Assembly: GCF_018061265.1 (NCBI RefSeq)
Contig: NZ_JAGOUM010000003.1
Source: Rhodoferax sp.
GTDB lineage: Bacteria; Pseudomonadota; Gammaproteobacteria; Burkholderiales; Burkholderiaceae_C
Strand: one strand, 5' to 3'
DNA: 64,000 nt
Shown here piece after piece: positions 60,273 to 64,000 of this stretch. The notes beneath the pieces were generated by a model. The model saw only the letters and a list, made by a program, of their open reading frames with translations. It was not told the DNA's origin and ran no database searches. Position numbers and translations under genes: made by a program. The first letter of the stretch is position 1. Each line of letters begins with the position of its first letter.

Positions 60273-62482
60273 CTTGGCACGACCATCAAGTGATGTGCTT
60301 TAACGGACGGGGTGACACACACAAAATTCTCAACGATGACGGCACTCCCAACAGGAACCCCCTGGCTGGCAAGCCTTATGACACTGTCAGCCTGCGCTCG
60401 GTGTGGGCGATGGCTGAAACACCCGGCAGCAAGCCCAAGGACAAGGCGTTGGACCTGATGGCTAGCAGCTACTGCGCAAGTGATGGCCGCACCCATGCCG
60501 TGCAAAAGCAGCACGGACAGTTCGTGCTGTTGCGTTGCGACATTGACGGAGGCGAAACGACATTGGAGCAGCTACGGGCCGCGCTGGTGGCTTTCGCTGG
60601 CGCTGGCGCGGCACTATGCATTTACAGCACCAGTAGCGCATCGCCAACGGTCAGAAAATGGCGCGGCATCATTGCCCTGACCGAGCCGATTGGCTTTGCT
60701 CAGTGGCACCGCCTGCAACGTGCGTTTCACATGCACCTGATCAAGAATGGCATTCTGTTCGATGTGTCGATGGAACGTGCCGGGCAACACATGGTCGCGC
60801 CCAACAAAACCAGCGACTTCTGGCAGTTCCATGTAAACGAGGGCGATGGCCTGGACGTCAATGGCGCTGGTGTAGCGCAGGCGTTGGCTGATCTGGACGC
60901 TGCTGATGCGCTGGTGGAGGAAGCCGCCAAGGAAGCCCGTAAACGAGCCGCAGAGCGCCGCAAAGCACAGGGAGATGCAGGCGGCTTGATTGACGCGGTC
61001 AACGCTCAAAACGAGCTTGCAGATGTATTTGAGCGCTTCGGGTTCACCACTGAAAACGGCACCGATTGGAATCATCCGGAGTTGCAAACCAGTGGCAGCT
61101 ATTCCTGGCGTGACTATGGCGGCACCTGGGTATGTGTGAGCGCCGCCGCTGAAGCGCACCGCATCGGTGCTAGGTCAGCCAACGGCTTCGGCTTCGGTGA
61201 CGCCTTCGATCTGATTGTTCACTTTGACTTCGAGGGCGATCAGAAACGCGCCATTGCGGAGCTATCGCAGATTGTGACGGTGACAGACCAAGACAGCGGC
61301 GAAATGCAATCCTGGCACGACAAGACAAAAACCGATTGGATTAAGCGCCAGCAAACCGCATCGGCTGATGACTTCGACGATGTGACTCAGGACGCCGAAG
61401 GCGACCATGCAGCAAAAGCAGCGGTTAGCGCGTTGGAGTCGATCAAGAAGTTTTCAGCGAAAGGACGCAGTGAGTTTATGAAAAGCAAAATGCTTGATGA
61501 TGTGTTTGTTCTGGATTCCCTGGCGATTCTGGGTCAGTGGACGGTGTTCTATGCGGCACCCAATTCCGGAAAAACGCTGCTAACTCTGCGGCTGTTGGCA
61601 GACTCCATCGATGCCGGGAACATTGACGGTGAAAGGGTTTTCTATGTCAACGCTGATGACGGTTATCGGGGCGCGGTAGAGAAACTCCAACTGGCCGAGG
61701 AGTTTGGATTTGAAATGCTCATTCCCAACGAGCAGAAGTTCAAGCCCACCATGTTGACAACCATGATGCGCCAGCTTGTTACCGCTGGCGAAGCGCATGG
61801 CGTGGTGTTCGTTTTGGACACCCTCAAAAAGTTTGTGGACCTGATGGAGAAGTCCAAACAGTCGGAGTTTGGCAAAACAGCCCGTGAGTTTGTACTGGCA
61901 GGCGGCACCCTCATTGCACTAGCCCATGTCAACAAACACAAGGACGCAATGGGTCAGTCGATCAGCGCCGGGACGACAGATATCGGTGACGACGCCGATT
62001 GTGTGTTCGTGATGGACGTACTGCGCAAAACCGATGTGGGGGAGCAGGTCGTCATTTTCCGGATGAAGAAAGCGCGTGGCGATGTTGCCAACGAGCGCAC
62101 ATTCAAGTTCACCCGTACCCAAGGCCAGTCCTACCGAGAGATTTTCGACTCCATCGAACTTATTGGCGAAGATGAAAAGCGCCGGGCAATCGAGGAACAG
62201 ACAACAGCCGCGCAAGAGGAAAAAGACCGGATGGCGATTGACGCCATGCGCTGGCTGTTGTTACAGGCGAAGAAACCCATGCTCAAGACCGAGCTAATCG
62301 AGAAGGCAAGGGAGCAGGGCCAATCACGTTATCACCTGTCCAAAGCATTTACGCGATGGATTGGAGTGCATTGGACGACCACAAAAGCAGAGCGCAACGG
62401 GCATATCGTGACGCTGATCAGTCAGCCAACGCCGCGTGATGTAACAGATGATTTTGAGGTCGTTGATGACTTTTTTGTCTGA
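60269..62482 (+). CDS. Primase-helicase / replication initiator (AEP-like N-terminus plus RecA-fold ATPase)
   Basis: CDID, YSTSS...KWRGIIAL; Walker A AAPNSGKT, Walker B VFVLDT, ALAHVNK. Confidence 0.8.
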   Translation: MTWHDHQVMCFNGRGDTHKILNDDGTPNRNPLAGKPYDTVSLRSVWAMAETPGSKPKDKALDLMASSYCASDGRTHAVQKQHGQFVLLRCDIDGGETTLEQLRAALVAFAGAGAALCIYSTSSASPTVRKWRGIIALTEPIGFAQWHRLQRAFHMHLIKNGILFDVSMERAGQHMVAPNKTSDFWQFHVNEGDGLDVNGAGVAQALADLDAADALVEEAAKEARKRAAERRKAQGDAGGLIDAVNAQNELADVFERFGFTTENGTDWNHPELQTSGSYSWRDYGGTWVCVSAAAEAHRIGARSANGFGFGDAFDLIVHFDFEGDQKRAIAELSQIVTVTDQDSGEMQSWHDKTKTDWIKRQQTASADDFDDVTQDAEGDHAAKAAVSALESIKKFSAKGRSEFMKSKMLDDVFVLDSLAILGQWTVFYAAPNSGKTLLTLRLLADSIDAGNIDGERVFYVNADDGYRGAVEKLQLAEEFGFEMLIPNEQKFKPTMLTTMMRQLVTAGEAHGVVFVLDTLKKFVDLMEKSKQSEFGKTAREFVLAGGTLIALAHVNKHKDAMGQSISAGTTDIGDDADCVFVMDVLRKTDVGEQVVIFRMKKARGDVANERTFKFTRTQGQSYREIFDSIELIGEDEKRRAIEEQTTAAQEEKDRMAIDAMRWLLLQAKKPMLKTELIEKAREQGQSRYHLSKAFTRWIGVHWTTTKAERNGHIVTLISQPTPRDVTDDFEVVDDFFV

Positions 62483-62483
62483 A

Positions 62484-62690
62484 TTTCAGTTTTCCGAGTG
62501 TTTTCAGAGCCTGACCCCGGTATCCGGAAAACTGAAATATAAATATTTTGGTAATTTTGGAATAAGTGAGTGCGTGAAAGCGTTTATCACTATCACTTTG
62601 AGAGCGTACAAATTCAGTTTTCCAAAAACACCAGTTTTCAGTTTTCCGGTGTGTGGGGTCAAAAGCGGAAAAACACTCGGAAAACTGAAA
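62484..62690. repeat. Iteron cluster, putative replication origin
   Basis: Perfect 21-bp inverted pair TTTCAGTTTTCCGAGTGTTTT (62484-62504 and 62670-62690), inner TTCAGTTTTCC copies and an AT-rich core. Confidence 0.75.
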
Positions 62691-62762
62691 AGCCACGCCA
62701 AAACAGGGCGTTGGCTGACCCATACCGCATCCGGGCGGTTCCCGGCAGAAAGGACAAAACAC

Positions 62763-62990
62763 ATGAACCCGATCATCACAAACCTAGCCGCCATGCTTGA
62801 TGGAAACGCATCGCCCTCGGTCAAAACTGACGACAGCACCGACTTGATCGCTGCCATGTCTGAAGCGCTCAACGATCAGCGCATCCTGGCTCAGATCGGT
62901 ATGCAGGTTGTTGCGCTGTTGTCAGATCGACTCAGGGCCAGCATGGCGGCTGAACGTGAAGTGGCACTCTTGAAAGGCTTTCGCCAGTGA
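62763..62990 (+). CDS. Small helical hypothetical protein
   Basis: AAGGA RBS before ATG 62763; 75 aa. Confidence 0.6.
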   Translation: MNPIITNLAAMLDGNASPSVKTDDSTDLIAAMSEALNDQRILAQIGMQVVALLSDRLRASMAAEREVALLKGFRQ

Positions 62991-62998
62991 TCTATAAT
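62970..62998 (+). promoter_or_regulatory. Near-consensus sigma70 promoter upstream of the capsid gene
   Basis: TTGAAA-17 bp-TATAAT. Confidence 0.65.
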
Positions 62999-63069
62999 TC
63001 GCATAACGGCAAGCGCGATATGCTCAACGGGCATACCTCAGAGCCGCATGAAATGGCTACCCCACGGGC

Positions 63070-63120
63070 AAGCGCACTTCAAGACTGATTCATCAATCAG
63101 CTTGCGTGCGCTTTTTTATT
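63070..63120 (+). terminator. Intrinsic terminator-like hairpin in the capsid leader
   Basis: AAGCGCAC..CAAG.CTGATT / AATCAG.CTTG..GTGCGCTT followed by a T-run. Confidence 0.6.
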
Positions 63121-63150
63121 GCACTCAAGCAAACCCGAAAGGAGTTCATC

Positions 63151-64000
63151 ATGGAAAAATTCTCTCCCACCCTGGATCGTCAAGCAGGCCACAAACATTG
63201 GTCTGCCATGTGCGCAAAGATTGGCGCGTCTGATGCGGCAATATTCAGTCCTGGCGACAGCATGAGCGACTTACACCAACAGCGCAAAGCGGTTCGCAAA
63301 GCCATTGCCCAATACGTTGACCGCAACGACAGCGAAAGCCTGACTGCCAACGAATCACTCGGACTTGAGTTTGCTGGTGACGTTGTGGCACGCATCAATG
63401 GCTTGATGGAAAGCTACGGCAATCACTCCAAGTCTGAGAATAATCAATCACTGCATGGTGTTGGGCCAATCACCAACCACTACCGCAACAAGTCGAAATC
63501 CGGGCAGTTCGGCCTGCAAGACTATCTGCGCGGGATTGGTGGCGGCAATGCGCCTGGTGACGTCCGGGCCGCACTGAGCGAAGGCACCGACACCAGTGGC
63601 GGTTACGCAGTACCAAGTTTCTTGATGCCTGGCATCCTTGAGGCACTTGTTCCAGCGTCGGCGTTGCTGACTGCAGGCGCAGGTATCGTGCCGCTGGACG
63701 ATGGCGCTAAGAGCTACACGACTGCTGCTGTTGACTCAATCCCGACAGCCGCATGGCGTGCTGAAGCTGGTGCGTTGGCAGTAAGCGATCCAGCATTCCG
63801 CGCAGTGGTGGCAACGCCGCGTTCGTTGAGCTTCATGTTCAAAGTCTCGCGTGAGTTGCTGATGGACGGACAAGGCATTGAACAAGCGCTCAACACGGCT
63901 ATCGGACAGGCTTTTGCCAAAGAGCTTGATCGTGCTGGTTTGCGTGGCTCGGGTGCCGTACCTGAGCCGCGTGGCATCTTGAACACCAGTGGCATTCAAG
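63151..64000 (+). CDS. HK97-fold major capsid protein (3' end outside window)
   Basis: Translated by hand from AAGGAG-ATG 63151: ...ALSEGTDTSGGYAVP...AAWRAE...VSRELLMD...ELDRAGLRGSG..EPRGILN. Confidence 0.88.
   Translation, partial: MEKFSPTLDRQAGHKHWSAMCAKIGASDAAIFSPGDSMSDLHQQRKAVRKAIAQYVDRNDSESLTANESLGLEFAGDVVARINGLMESYGNHSKSENNQSLHGVGPITNHYRNKSKSGQFGLQDYLRGIGGGNAPGDVRAALSEGTDTSGGYAVPSFLMPGILEALVPASALLTAGAGIVPLDDGAKSYTTAAVDSIPTAAWRAEAGALAVSDPAFRAVVATPRSLSFMFKVSRELLMDGQGIEQALNTAIGQAFAKELDRAGLRGSGAVPEPRGILNTSGIQ

Larger units (their letters stand above)
57153..64000 (+). mobile_element. Phage-satellite-like element (PICI/cf-PICI-like), continues beyond window
   Basis: att, integrase, excisionase, small ORFs, primase-helicase, iterons and major capsid within 7 kb. 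Confidence 0.8.

Overview
Betaproteobacterial chromosome window; gene content and repeats suggest Comamonadaceae (Rhodoferax-like), which is an inference. Positions 1-37.8 kb are mostly core genome: matB, lgt, M16 peptidase, RND pump, ilvD, murB, yajQ, plsY, ybaK, an ABC importer, a cytochrome c peroxidase plus DAHL-like/PAS/GGDEF/EAL pair, frameshifted prfB, pepN, fbp and tRNA-Thr. About 38.5-54.8 kb is an integrase-bearing island at the 3' end of tRNA-Asn. It carries two IS elements (IS21 and IS1634 families), three tandem divergent paralogues of a small unknown protein, a duplicated two-gene module and nested att junctions. After tRNA-Asn, tRNA-Val(CAC) and ppiD, a phage-satellite-like element starts at a tRNA-Val(TAC) 3' fragment (57.15 kb to the window end). 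It encodes an integrase, an excisionase, a Ppi-like ORF, a primase-helicase, an iteron origin and an HK97-fold capsid. The most unexpected observation is a degenerate ~60-bp palindromic repeat seen nine times in the core region, six of them inside intact protein-coding frames, reminiscent of Rickettsia palindromic elements. All family assignments were made by eye from motifs and recall; no searches were run.
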